From a virus, in IMG/VR virus record IMGVR_UViG_3300037493_005292, positions 1 to 64,000 of that record: a DNA stretch of 64,000 bases. The stretch is one strand, 5' to 3'. The notes under the pieces are model-generated. The model was not told the DNA's origin. It worked only from the letters and a program-made list of their open reading frames with translations, and ran no database searches. The translations under genes and the position numbers were made by a program. This document shows, piece by piece, positions 17,879-27,994 of this stretch. Every line of letters begins with the position of its first letter. Within the stretch, counting starts at the first letter, position 1.

Positions 17879-20168
17879 CTTGGACTCCTTCTTTTGTGAG
17901 CCGCTCTTGTTCGGCTCGTTTTGTGTAAGTTCGTAGTTTGTTTATTGCCCCAGTTTTGTCCATAATGCAATCCTTAAAACCGAGGGCAGCAAACAATTTA
18001 TTACCATAAGCCGTGTTAAGGGTGCGTTCTGTCGGTTTCCTTAGCATAAGCTTTGACATAATCGCCGCGTGCTTTTGGGGGTTAGACACGCCAGACCAGA
18101 CTCTGGGATCCAGGATGGCCACTATCCCGTAGTCTGTTTTGGTGCGTATTAGGCGCCCTGCGCCTTGTCGGACGGCAGCAAGCATACGCGGTATGAGGAC
18201 TAAACGAAACCACTGGTTACCCGCGATGTTGCTAAGAACCTTGATTACCGGGTCATCGGGCGGGGGGAATGGAAGCTTGGGGATGATCACGAGGCGCAGC
18301 TTACTTCCCTGGATGTCGACCCCTTCCCAGATGCTTTTTACCCCAAATAGGACGGAGGCAGGGTTGTTACGGAACCGCTGGATAGCGGTGTTTGCGTCCC
18401 CGTCTTGTAGGACTGCGGTAATGCGGTTGGAGAATAGCACGGGCTCTACGCGACTGTGGATCTCTTTCATGTCGGCCACATTCGAGAAGAGCACAAAAGC
18501 GTCGCCCTTGTTGGCAATGACGAGGTCCTTTATCTCTTCAGTCATCCAGCGCATCCAGTCTTCGTACCCCTCTTCTCCGCGGCGCACGGGTACCGGAGCC
18601 TCAATTGGGAGGTAGACCTGTGCGGCTGAAGCGAGGTCAAAGGGAGAGGGATGGACGCTCTCCGATAAGAGAGGGAGCGCTGCAGGTACTTTTTGCAGTC
18701 CGATACCGAGTTCTTCTTTGAAGTGAGAGAAGTCGGAGCCGATCGCAAGTGTAGCGGAGACAAACACCGCTTTTTTGGTCACTCGAGCCAGAGTCTCTTG
18801 GAAGCGCTTGCTGATGTCGATCGCTTTGATTTCGATCGATTCAGAGCTGAGGGCAATGACTTCCTTGGTTTTGTCCGAGTCACCGTAGTTGATGAGGGCA
18901 AGAAAGAGCTTCTCTAGTTTTTTGAGAGAGTTGAGCGCTTTCTTGGCTTTTGACCGGGCACGGACATCCAAACCATAATCGAAGTCATCGAGCTGCGGCG
19001 CGCTGCATACCTCGTCCAGTAGCCGTGATGCTTTATTGAGCAGAGGTTCAGCTTCCTCACACGCAGCCACCGTTCCAGGCGGTGCGGTATCCAACACAAT
19101 GGCGCGCTTGTCCCGAGATGAGGACGCCATTTGGCTAAACTGTACTTGTAGACTGTCGTAAATGTCCTGCGTCCGGGTGTGAACGTGCTTTATGACTTCC
19201 ATGTTCTCTGCCGCTTCCGCGCGGCTATTGCGGCGGAACACGGCGATTTCGTCTACAGACACCTGACCATTCCGTGTGGAAACTGCGTGAGCTACACCCA
19301 TTTCTGTCCACCAGTCTATGAGGTCGTAGTCGTTTTCAACGCGGAATAAGCGCGAGATTCCGGCGTATTTGAACACACTAGAAAAGGCGCCACGTACCGA
19401 TTCTGACAGCTGGTGAGCTTCGTCCACGACTACGACGTCAACGCCCCCCGTTTTGAGCATACGAGGGTTCTCGAGCATGAACCCTAGGAGGTGCTGGTTG
19501 ATGACCATGATATCCAACAGCTTGTAGTCCGGGCTGCAGCTCTTGGCGTGCGGACAGACGTTTTTGTTGTGGGGGCAGTTTTCTACAGTGGTGTCATCCC
19601 ACCAATTTGGCCGAGGACCTGGCCAGTTGGCCACATCAGCTGGGAGCATCTCTATGAAGTCTCGGAATTTTCCCTTATCGACGTCAGGTACGTGCTCGAT
19701 GAGCTCGGGACACGCGTAATTGCTTTTTCCCTTCACGACGCTAAAGGCAGGTGTTTGCTTATTGGACACAACAGATCTAGCGTCGATGTTCAGCTTCTGG
19801 ATCAGCAGTGGGATGTCGCGTTCGAGCTGGTGCTGCAGTGCCTTGTTTGATGTTGCGATAACGTACTGTTTCCCCGGGGTCTTCCGATGCACGTAGTCGT
19901 TCAAGATGGGGACAATGTAGGCAAAGCTCTTACCAATGCCCGTACCGCCCTCTGCGATGATGCAGCCCCTAGTGGTTTTGTATTGTAGGAGCCCCTCAAC
20001 CTTGTTCCCGAGCGTGATTTGTCCGGGACGAATCTCCTTCACGAGCTCACCGTACCCGTGCTTAAGCACGTCTTCGACGGTGATCTCGAGTTGGACCCCA
20101 CAGACAGGACAGACGGTGGTGTTTACTTTCCCATAGGGAAGTACGCTGTAGCAATCGGAGCAGAACAT
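17856..20168 (-). CDS. DinG/YoaA-family SF2 helicase with N-terminal Zn ribbon
   Basis: EGGTGIGKS, KGKSNYAC, VDEAH, SATL, WEGVDI, KLPF, QGAGRLIR; N-terminal CSDC and CPVC. Confidence 0.92.
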   Translation of the reverse strand: MFCSDCYSVLPYGKVNTTVCPVCGVQLEITVEDVLKHGYGELVKEIRPGQITLGNKVEGLLQYKTTRGCIIAEGGTGIGKSFAYIVPILNDYVHRKTPGKQYVIATSNKALQHQLERDIPLLIQKLNIDARSVVSNKQTPAFSVVKGKSNYACPELIEHVPDVDKGKFRDFIEMLPADVANWPGPRPNWWDDTTVENCPHNKNVCPHAKSCSPDYKLLDIMVINQHLLGFMLENPRMLKTGGVDVVVVDEAHQLSESVRGAFSSVFKYAGISRLFRVENDYDLIDWWTEMGVAHAVSTRNGQVSVDEIAVFRRNSRAEAAENMEVIKHVHTRTQDIYDSLQVQFSQMASSSRDKRAIVLDTAPPGTVAACEEAEPLLNKASRLLDEVCSAPQLDDFDYGLDVRARSKAKKALNSLKKLEKLFLALINYGDSDKTKEVIALSSESIEIKAIDISKRFQETLARVTKKAVFVSATLAIGSDFSHFKEELGIGLQKVPAALPLLSESVHPSPFDLASAAQVYLPIEAPVPVRRGEEGYEDWMRWMTEEIKDLVIANKGDAFVLFSNVADMKEIHSRVEPVLFSNRITAVLQDGDANTAIQRFRNNPASVLFGVKSIWEGVDIQGSKLRLVIIPKLPFPPPDDPVIKVLSNIAGNQWFRLVLIPRMLAAVRQGAGRLIRTKTDYGIVAILDPRVWSGVSNPQKHAAIMSKLMLRKPTERTLNTAYGNKLFAALGFKDCIMDKTGAINKLRTYTKRAEQERLTKEGVQDGTSQRV

Positions 20169-20749
20169 GGAGTCTCCTTAATGCGGCCTACGGCCAGGGT
20201 TAGGGCTTTCCGGACGTGCTGTCTGAAAAGCTGTTCGATCTCGCTTTTTCTATGCTGAAAAACAAACGACGGGTGAAAAGTACAAACGGTTAGCGCGTCG
20301 TTGCCATCCGGCATAATAGCGCTAGGGATGATAGCTCCTGCGTACTTTAGCATCCGAACCTGACTTGGATGGGTACCCAAGAGGCACGCGGTGCTAGAGC
20401 GCCCTAACGCGAGAACTACTTTAGGTGAAATTTCTTCGAGTTGCAAACGTAAAAATTTAGAACAGTTTTTGATTTCTTTTTGAGTGGGGTCACGTTTGTC
20501 GGGTGTTTGGCATTTGGTGATTGTTAAGTAATGCGCGAGTACTGTTTCTAATTTGAGTAAGTGGCGAACATAGCGACCGGCCAGGTCGTTAAAGGGGATA
20601 CCTGTAGCGTCGTCGGTAGCATTTGGTGCAGCTCCTATGCACACAAAATTGCAGGGTATTGGGCCATCACCCGGTATCGCTCGGGTTCGTGAAAGCACCA
20701 GTTCAGGACAGCGATTACAACTCTTGATCTCGTGGATTAGCTTGCTCAC
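20123..20749 (-). CDS. uracil-DNA glycosylase, family 4-like
   Basis: CNRC..L, G.P....D.TG.PF, KC.....RDP...EI..C, FHPSF. Confidence 0.85.
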   Translation of the reverse strand: MSKLIHEIKSCNRCPELVLSRTRAIPGDGPIPCNFVCIGAAPNATDDATGIPFNDLAGRYVRHLLKLETVLAHYLTITKCQTPDKRDPTQKEIKNCSKFLRLQLEEISPKVVLALGRSSTACLLGTHPSQVRMLKYAGAIIPSAIMPDGNDALTVCTFHPSFVFQHRKSEIEQLFRQHVRKALTLAVGRIKETPCSAPIATAYFPMGK

Positions 20750-20776
20750 GGAAATCTCCTTGCTATTTGGTTAGTC

Positions 20777-20784
20777 TTATACCA
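20777..20784 (-). promoter_or_regulatory. extended -10 element TGGTATAA
   Basis: Divergent gap upstream of the UDG-DinG operon. Confidence 0.5.
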
Positions 20785-20819
20785 CTAAGGTAGAAGTGAT
20801 TTTCACCCAAGGAGGACCT

Positions 20820-21434
20820 ATGGCAGGCGTCGATAAAGATACAGGTATGCCGATCATCGGGGAAGACGGTTATCGGATTGCGGAGAAGTTCAAAGCGGTG
20901 CCAGACTCTAAAAAAATTGAAGAGTCACTGAAGGTAATGGACGACACGGCTAAGGCTGAATCCGGGGATGTTGAGAAGACGCTGCAGGAACGCTACGAAG
21001 AAGGTATCCGTAATCAGGGGATATCTTTGGCGGACGCGCGTCAAATCAAAGAGAGTGTTTTGACGCAAGGGTTCTACGAATCCACGCACCGTATTGGGTC
21101 GATGCTGCTTAAACTACGTACGCGGCAGTATAAGGACACCTTGCGTGTTCGACGCGCTATGGAAGCGGAACAGCTGGAATTCCCTATCAACATAAACGAC
21201 CTCGTTTTGCAATACAATGCCGCGGCATCTCTGTCGCAGTACGGTGATCGGGTCTTTACTATCCCACCGCACGCAACGACACCTCATGCAGATATCGAAG
21301 CAGCGTTCAAGGAGCGTTATGAGTTCCTCGGAAATCTGCCGCAAGTCGTTAACGCCAGTATCCAAAAGAAAGTTTTGGATTTTGATAACAAGCTCATCGC
21401 GATATTTGCGGAGGGAGCCCCCGAGGATTTTTAA
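20820..21434 (+). CDS. putative tail assembly chaperone (G-like)
   Basis: AAGGAGG RBS; two ORFs before the tape-measure-like gene; ends in slippery G GAT TTT TAA. Confidence 0.6.
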   Translation: MAGVDKDTGMPIIGEDGYRIAEKFKAVPDSKKIEESLKVMDDTAKAESGDVEKTLQERYEEGIRNQGISLADARQIKESVLTQGFYESTHRIGSMLLKLRTRQYKDTLRVRRAMEAEQLEFPININDLVLQYNAAASLSQYGDRVFTIPPHATTPHADIEAAFKERYEFLGNLPQVVNASIQKKVLDFDNKLIAIFAEGAPEDF

Positions 21435-21811
21435 ATTCGGCAACGGGCCAGGTGCGTGCGTACGCGTACGCTCACGGGTCCCCGTTGCCGGAGTCTGGGT
21501 CGTTCCAAGAGCAGTTGCTGGCGGAATCGATCGCACGAGAGCGTCACGTGAAGTTCTCAGAAGTATCGTTATTCGCGACTCTTTTAGGAAAGGGTCTCGG
21601 GATCAACGATCAGTACATCGAACTCATGTTGGAAGGGTTCCGGGAAGAGCTCTACCAGCTCCGCTATAATTCGAAGTACAAGACGGCTAGACGCCGGTTT
21701 ACGGATACTCGGATGAAGAAAGCGCGTGAACAGGATCGGTTGTTCCGCAAGCTTGACGCGATGACTGCGATTGATACGCCGCCTGAGGTCGTTAAAGAAA
21801 AGGGTGCATAA
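21431..21811 (+). CDS. putative frameshift extension (T-like) of the tail chaperone
   Basis: -1 frame open from 21389; no RBS at GTG 21452; TAATG overlap with the tape-measure-like gene. Confidence 0.55.
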   Translation, partial: LNSATGQVRAYAYAHGSPLPESGSFQEQLLAESIARERHVKFSEVSLFATLLGKGLGINDQYIELMLEGFREELYQLRYNSKYKTARRRFTDTRMKKAREQDRLFRKLDAMTAIDTPPEVVKEKGA

Positions 21812-24800
21812 TGGCTGAATACAACTCCATGCAGGCTAATCTCGGACTCATACCAGGTACGAGCGCGCCGAGTGGGACGAAGTCACCAGCGCAGGTCGCT
21901 TCGGAGTTGTCGCAGCAGGCCAGTATGCAGATGCAGTACGCGCAGGCGATGCTGCCGATGACGAACTCGAGGGCGGCATCATTCTCGTTTGGGCAACAGT
22001 TTCAACAGCAACTACAGCAGATACAATCGCAGCAGTCGTTCAATCCGTACCAGGCGTCGGCATTGTCGATGCTCACTATGCCTTCGGTACTTCCATCACC
22101 GCTCTTGATGACTCCGGCATCTTCGGGAGTATTCCGGCCATCGGCGCCGTCTCCGATGGGTACTCCGATGTCTCCGATGCCCATCATGCCCACGTTGATG
22201 ACGCCGTTCACGCCGCGGATGCCCTCTCCCATGTTCCAGAACGCGTGGGAACAGGAGCTTCAGCAGCGGGAAATGCGTGCTGATTCCTTGTACTCGATGG
22301 TGGCCCAGGCGCCCCGGGTAGGCGGTGCGATGGGCGGGTACGCCGCCGGAGCCATGGCGGGGGCGGCAGCAGGCTCGAGGCTGGGCTTCGGACGGATGGG
22401 TGCGATGGGTGGAGCTCTCCTGGGAGCTGCTGCTGCTGGAGCCTCTGGTTTTTCAGGTGCGATGGGCGATTTGTCCATGATTCCGATGCGGCCTAACGTA
22501 GAAATGCACCAGATGGGAGCAGCGCTGCAGCGCCAGACGCAAGACTGGGTCGTGCAGGGTCCGCAGTTACACCCCATGGGTCGGGGTCTTTCCCGACCGG
22601 CGTCGATGGAGTTGGCCGGCGGTATTCAGTCCTTGGCGACCGACGCCGGATTCCAAAAGTCCACAAACAACATGTTCAATCGGAACGATCTGATGAAGAT
22701 CACTCAGCTATCGGGGCAATCCGGGCTGATGGACATGGAGCAGGGTGTTGAAGGGATCCGAGGTAACCTACGGGAAGTGAGTCAGGTTGTCAAGCGCTTT
22801 ATGGAGCTCACCAACGATCCTGATGTCGTAAGCGTCATCAAGCAGATGGGACAGTTGCGACGCTTCGGTTTGTCTCTCCCAGAGATGGATCAGGCAGCGG
22901 CAGGCATGCGCTCCTACGCCCGCGGGGCCGGTACGACCATCTCTGGTCTTGTGCAAGGTGGCGGGTTGCCGGGGGCGATGACCTACCAACAGGCGGGGCT
23001 GTCCGCGGGTGCGGGATTCAATTACGGCAACTTCTCGATGGCGTCTGCTCGGCAGTCGGTAGCGAGTGGCACGTTTTCGGAAGCGCAGCTCTCAATGCTT
23101 GGAGGTACGTCGGGAGTATCGCAACGGAACATGCAAGCACAGGCCGCTTTCATGTCGATGCCGATGCTTGGTGCGTCCTTCGCGGGGTACAACGCGCAGT
23201 CCGGGTCCTGGGGTCCCAACATGGGGAACATCGCGGGGCAGATGAAGAGCGCGAATCCGATCGACATGATTATGGGAGCGTACCAGAACTTGGGGCAGGG
23301 GGTCGCAGAGGGAGGCGTTGGAGCCTTGGCGATGCTGCCCTTACAACAGCGTTCTATTAACGACGCTGCAGCGCGTGCAATGTCTCCCACGCAGCAAACC
23401 ATCATGCGTTATAAGATGGCGCTCAACACCGGTAAGTCGATGGGATTGGAAGGAGCTAACGCTTTTGCCGCGGGTTCCCGAATGCTCTACGGCGATGAGA
23501 TGTCGGAGCAGATGCTGCAGGAAGTATCGAATCCCGCGCAGTGGAGGAGTTTGCAGGGTATGTCTCAACGCCGAGTAGGGGAAATTGCGCAGGATCAATG
23601 GGGACAGGTGCAGTCACAGCGTACGGGATTTATGGGTAGGATGCTCGGCGGCATAATGCCAGACACGTCGGATGCACAGTATGCGCTGCGTAGTGTGGGT
23701 GGATCATTAGCTTCACCATTTAGGGCGATGGGAGACGCGTTTGATGAGTGGCAACGGAGTAGCGAGGAGTCGAGCGCGCTCGAGCAGGGGCAATTTCTCA
23801 GGATAGGCCGAAATGCGGCTAGCGCTCGGTTTAAGACAAAGAAGGACCGAGATGCGTATCTTGGTAACGTGAGTGCGGCGCGTTCTCGTCTTAATGCGTC
23901 TTCTTCTACGGCGGAGATGTCCAACGCAGAGTTTGCACGGCTTAATGACCGTTATATCTATGGCGGTGGTGAGGGCGGAACAATAGACGCTGCTTTGAGT
24001 GGCGTAGCCAATCTCGCTACGGGGCTTATTTCTGGCGGAGTAGGTATTGCTGCAGGTGTTGGTTCGAGCTTTTTACCGGTAGATGATTGGGTAAAATCAG
24101 GGCGTGGAGCCATGTTGAAAAGCTCGTATGGCTCGCAATTAGGAGAAGCCACTTCTTACGTGCGGGAGCAGCGGCAGGCTGACAGCCTCTATTTCAATAG
24201 TGGTCTTAGGTCATCGATGGTTGGTAAAGAAGCCAGCGCTAATTACCAGGCATTTGAAAAAGAAGCAGGTATTCGGGGAGGTGGTGCGTTTAACGTCGCG
24301 CAGCGTGCAGGTGCGAAGATCGCAGCATTATCAGAGAAGTATGCCACGAAGTTTGGTGGAGACCAAAAGATACAGAAGGCAGATGGCGTCCGTTTTACGA
24401 TTGAAGCACTAGCTGAAGAACGCGGTATCTCGGTAAAGGAAGCCGAGAAGGTGTATTATAAAATGTCACCGGCAGCTCAAGCAGCGGCCGAGACACAGTC
24501 ACTTGCTGCAGGGTATATTCAGGGAAGTGCTGACGCTAAAGCCGGGATATTGGATGCTCAGCGTGAAACTAACGCCGGTATAAAGGAAGAGCTGTGGGCC
24601 AACACAGATAAAGACCTCGAGGATTTGAAGACGAAGTCCAATAAGTACGCAATGGATTTAGGCTTCATCACGGAGACTGAGACCGAATACGGCGTTATGC
24701 GTACGGATAAAGCGGGGTTAGGTGAACTAAAGAAGGTTGCGCAGTACGCGTCGGAAGAAGAAATGCTGTCACTAGCGCTTACGCACGGTGGTATGGCGAG

Positions 24801-25467
24801 TGGCGAAGCTCGACAAGTAGAAGAGAAGATTGCGGGGATCTTACGAAGTAAGAATCCCAAGATGTCTGAAGCCCAGATTCAAGAGGCGTCACAGCAGCTA
24901 CGAGCTAACGTAGCTCAAGGTGATGTAGGGGGACAGATTGGCGCTGTAACTGACGACATCAAGAAGCTATTGAGTACGTCGTTAAAGGGCAGAAAAGCGA
25001 CTGACGTTATTGCGGGCATACAGGGACTAAGCGATACAGGACTCGTAGAAGGTACAACGGAGTTTAGAACACGCGGGTTAGAAGAGCTCGGTGTTGGTGC
25101 GGATTGGATGGAACCGGCTAATGCGAAAGACGTAGAAGCGGCTCTAAAGGAAAAGAATCCCGCGATACACGCTAAATGGCTCAAGATGCGTAAAGCGACG
25201 GGAGAAGAGAAGAAGAAACTCCAAGCGGAACTTGAAAATGAGGGGATAGCGTTAGGACGTGAGAGCTTAGGGGTAGCTAGCAGTCTTACTACGGCAGTGG
25301 GCGATGAGGCGCGGGCTGCCGAACGCGACGCGGCGGCTGCTGGTGGTGCTGCGAGTGAGTTCGGCGACATTTTCAAGTACTTCAACGCCGACACCACGAG
25401 TCAATTTGCGAATGGTGCTAAAATGCTCTACGACGCAATGTTGATGAAGAGCGTGTTCGGAGACTAA
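21811..25467 (+). CDS. tape-measure-like protein
   Basis: 1218 aa, Ala/Gly/Met/Gln-rich and helical; positioned after the chaperone pair and before baseplate genes. Confidence 0.65.
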   Translation: MAEYNSMQANLGLIPGTSAPSGTKSPAQVASELSQQASMQMQYAQAMLPMTNSRAASFSFGQQFQQQLQQIQSQQSFNPYQASALSMLTMPSVLPSPLLMTPASSGVFRPSAPSPMGTPMSPMPIMPTLMTPFTPRMPSPMFQNAWEQELQQREMRADSLYSMVAQAPRVGGAMGGYAAGAMAGAAAGSRLGFGRMGAMGGALLGAAAAGASGFSGAMGDLSMIPMRPNVEMHQMGAALQRQTQDWVVQGPQLHPMGRGLSRPASMELAGGIQSLATDAGFQKSTNNMFNRNDLMKITQLSGQSGLMDMEQGVEGIRGNLREVSQVVKRFMELTNDPDVVSVIKQMGQLRRFGLSLPEMDQAAAGMRSYARGAGTTISGLVQGGGLPGAMTYQQAGLSAGAGFNYGNFSMASARQSVASGTFSEAQLSMLGGTSGVSQRNMQAQAAFMSMPMLGASFAGYNAQSGSWGPNMGNIAGQMKSANPIDMIMGAYQNLGQGVAEGGVGALAMLPLQQRSINDAAARAMSPTQQTIMRYKMALNTGKSMGLEGANAFAAGSRMLYGDEMSEQMLQEVSNPAQWRSLQGMSQRRVGEIAQDQWGQVQSQRTGFMGRMLGGIMPDTSDAQYALRSVGGSLASPFRAMGDAFDEWQRSSEESSALEQGQFLRIGRNAASARFKTKKDRDAYLGNVSAARSRLNASSSTAEMSNAEFARLNDRYIYGGGEGGTIDAALSGVANLATGLISGGVGIAAGVGSSFLPVDDWVKSGRGAMLKSSYGSQLGEATSYVREQRQADSLYFNSGLRSSMVGKEASANYQAFEKEAGIRGGGAFNVAQRAGAKIAALSEKYATKFGGDQKIQKADGVRFTIEALAEERGISVKEAEKVYYKMSPAAQAAAETQSLAAGYIQGSADAKAGILDAQRETNAGIKEELWANTDKDLEDLKTKSNKYAMDLGFITETETEYGVMRTDKAGLGELKKVAQYASEEEMLSLALTHGGMASGEARQVEEKIAGILRSKNPKMSEAQIQEASQQLRANVAQGDVGGQIGAVTDDIKKLLSTSLKGRKATDVIAGIQGLSDTGLVEGTTEFRTRGLEELGVGADWMEPANAKDVEAALKEKNPAIHAKWLKMRKATGEEKKKLQAELENEGIALGRESLGVASSLTTAVGDEARAAERDAAAAGGAASEFGDIFKYFNADTTSQFANGAKMLYDAMLMKSVFGD

Positions 25468-25469
25468 CC

Positions 25470-25700
25470 ATGGCGACAACAACAGCACCCCAACCTCGAG
25501 TTCGTCGGTTTCCACCGCGCGCAGAAAACTTTCTGGCGTACATCCAGGAAGCGATACTGTACAATCTGGAGATGGGACAGGCGTCTATCGCGATCGAAAT
25601 GCCCGGTCCCGTGGAGATTGCGTTCATGATTGTAAATGAGACGCAGACGATAGCAGTGCAGGACTACGCGGATGGTACCGTGTACGTGCCGGTGCAGTAA
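25470..25700 (+). CDS. hypothetical protein
   Basis: 76 aa, coupled to the next gene. Confidence 0.55.
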   Translation: MATTTAPQPRVRRFPPRAENFLAYIQEAILYNLEMGQASIAIEMPGPVEIAFMIVNETQTIAVQDYADGTVYVPVQ

Positions 25701-26755
25701 TGGCGATAATTACTGATACCGGAGAAGTCTTTATGACGGGTACGCAGCCGACAACTACGCCCGTACAGCCAGATAACTCTCGCCCGACCAGTACTGTTGT
25801 TCCGATAAAAGATAGCAAGATCATTAAGAAGTATAACGAGCTTAATGATCAGAGAGGGAATACTTCCAGGGGAATTTTTGCGAATTTCCCTCTAATGACC
25901 CCGAAGTACGCGCGGCATAATGGTCTAGCGGATAGAGATGGTAAGGACACGCTAGCGCGGATGTATATCAAGGTTGGTGGAGAAGGTAAGTCTTTAAAGA
26001 GCCGCATTACGAGCATCAGTAACAGTATGCCGGATGCGGAGTCGAAGGAACTCGTTAAAGTTCTTTTAGGTTCTGGCAAGAACACCGCGCAGGTAAACCG
26101 TACCGACAATCCTCCTGGATATATCGATTTTTTCTTACAGCATGTGCAACAAAGTTTTGCTGAAAAGGTACAAGTAGTCGACGTACTCGAGGACAATTAC
26201 GTAGCGTTTTTCTTTGGACAGCAACCCCCGACATTCACGTTTACGGGTACGGTTCTAAACACCTACCAAGATGATTGGGCCATGCGGCTACTGCGTATTT
26301 ATCGCGACCTAGCGCGCGGTACGCAGCTCGCACGGCGTGGACTTCTTTTTTATATCAGGTATGACTCAGTAATCGCGTCGGGAGCGATGCTCAATTTGAC
26401 TTTGGATCTCGACGCGTCGAACGAAACTGCGATTCCATTTTCCTTTCAGCTTCTTGTTAAGAAGCTCCATATTGTGTATGGAAGTTATGCGCCCCCTACT
26501 GAATTAGGGTTAATGGCAGGAGCGTTTGTACCGGACGGATACAACATTATTGAACCGCGGGCTGCGTCGTTATCTCCACAAATTTCAAAGGGAGAAAAAG
26601 TTAAGCCAGATGCTACGGGCATCAATTCAGGGGCAGGACCGATTAACACACAGGAACCAAGTACTGCGGCTACGCCTGAAGAAGCGGATAAACGTGCGGC
26701 ACAGCAAGAGACTGAAGATCTTAATAACGACGTCACGCAAAGTACCCTCCCCTAG
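25700..26755 (+). CDS. putative baseplate or tail-tube-initiator-like protein
   Basis: FFLQ.VQQSF.EK.Q....FFGQ.P..FTF.G...FSFQLLV pattern; tail operon context. Confidence 0.5.
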   Translation: MAIITDTGEVFMTGTQPTTTPVQPDNSRPTSTVVPIKDSKIIKKYNELNDQRGNTSRGIFANFPLMTPKYARHNGLADRDGKDTLARMYIKVGGEGKSLKSRITSISNSMPDAESKELVKVLLGSGKNTAQVNRTDNPPGYIDFFLQHVQQSFAEKVQVVDVLEDNYVAFFFGQQPPTFTFTGTVLNTYQDDWAMRLLRIYRDLARGTQLARRGLLFYIRYDSVIASGAMLNLTLDLDASNETAIPFSFQLLVKKLHIVYGSYAPPTELGLMAGAFVPDGYNIIEPRAASLSPQISKGEKVKPDATGINSGAGPINTQEPSTAATPEEADKRAAQQETEDLNNDVTQSTLP

Positions 26756-26775
26756 GGTTAGTAGGAGTTCACGCC

Positions 26776-27984
26776 ATGGCGAACGCAGCTAATTTTCGAA
26801 TCGACCAGCTAACTTCAGGTACTCCTGGAGTTGCGCGAAGAGATATTTTACCGATTTCAGATGGTGTTCCTCCAGTATCTCTAGTCGCGGATAACGCCGC
26901 GTTGATCTCATACCAGTGGGAAATTACACAACCTCCCGGATCAACAGCGACGGTTAGCGGATCCACAACGAATACGTGCACGATAAACGTCGTGGATATC
27001 GGCGGATACCGCGCAAAGTTGACCGTTGACGCGGGGTTACCAACCGAAGATGTTTGTATTCTGTATTTCGGTATTCCCGTGTCGATTGGTGGCACTGATT
27101 ACGCATTCCCGGCAATCAATGAGACCATCGAAGATAACAGCCGTACGTCGACATGGTGGGGCTGGGGCGAGAAGATCCATAACCTGTTACTAGCACTGGC
27201 TACCAGCGGCGGGTATACGTACACTAACCCGGACGAGATGCCCGTAACGGTCGGAGGATGGGAAGCTGGGTCTTCGTTCTCTGGGAATACGCTAGCTGAG
27301 ATGTTTGACGGTCTTCTGTACCCCTATCAGTATCCAGCGTTCACATCTTTTAGCATCTCGGGTCAAGCACCCATTCTTGAAGTAGGGGATGTTATCCCGA
27401 TCAACCGCACGTTCGTGTGGACAACGGTTAACGACGATACCGTAGAGCCCGACACTCTCGTGTTAAACGATGTGACCGATCACGTCGTTATCGCAAGCGC
27501 TTTAGCAAATGACGGTAGCGAAGTAACGAGTTACCCGACAGTCCCCATTCAATTAACAAACGCGGGGTCCTACAGCTTTTTGATCGAAGGGGACAATACT
27601 CGGTTGGATACGTTCAGTCTCGGATACACCGTGTACTGGCAGTGGCGCCGTTTCTACGGTGAGTCTATCAACCCTGGGGCGTTGATTGAGGCCGACATTC
27701 TCAATCTGCGTGTCAGTGGGTTAGTGAGTGGATACGCAGGTACTTACGCGTTCATTGCAACTGGGTATAAGTACGTCTGCTACCCAACATCGTTAGGACT
27801 AGCATCAACGTTTAAGGATGAGCTCACAAACCTCGACGTTCCGTTTGAAGCTCCGTATAGTGTTAACGTAGCGAATGGGTTCGGGATTACGACGAGTTAT
27901 CGCGTACACCGTTCGACGAACATTATCGGATCCGCCATCAACATCATTGTGACGGGGAGCTTAGCACCTCCTCCGCCGTCTTAG
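26776..27984 (+). CDS. virion structural protein with PKD/Ig-like domains
   Basis: SYQWEITQPPGS...GGYRAKLTV; AGGAG RBS. Confidence 0.6.
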   Translation: MANAANFRIDQLTSGTPGVARRDILPISDGVPPVSLVADNAALISYQWEITQPPGSTATVSGSTTNTCTINVVDIGGYRAKLTVDAGLPTEDVCILYFGIPVSIGGTDYAFPAINETIEDNSRTSTWWGWGEKIHNLLLALATSGGYTYTNPDEMPVTVGGWEAGSSFSGNTLAEMFDGLLYPYQYPAFTSFSISGQAPILEVGDVIPINRTFVWTTVNDDTVEPDTLVLNDVTDHVVIASALANDGSEVTSYPTVPIQLTNAGSYSFLIEGDNTRLDTFSLGYTVYWQWRRFYGESINPGALIEADILNLRVSGLVSGYAGTYAFIATGYKYVCYPTSLGLASTFKDELTNLDVPFEAPYSVNVANGFGITTSYRVHRSTNIIGSAINIIVTGSLAPPPPS

Positions 27985-27994
27985 GAGGTACCGG

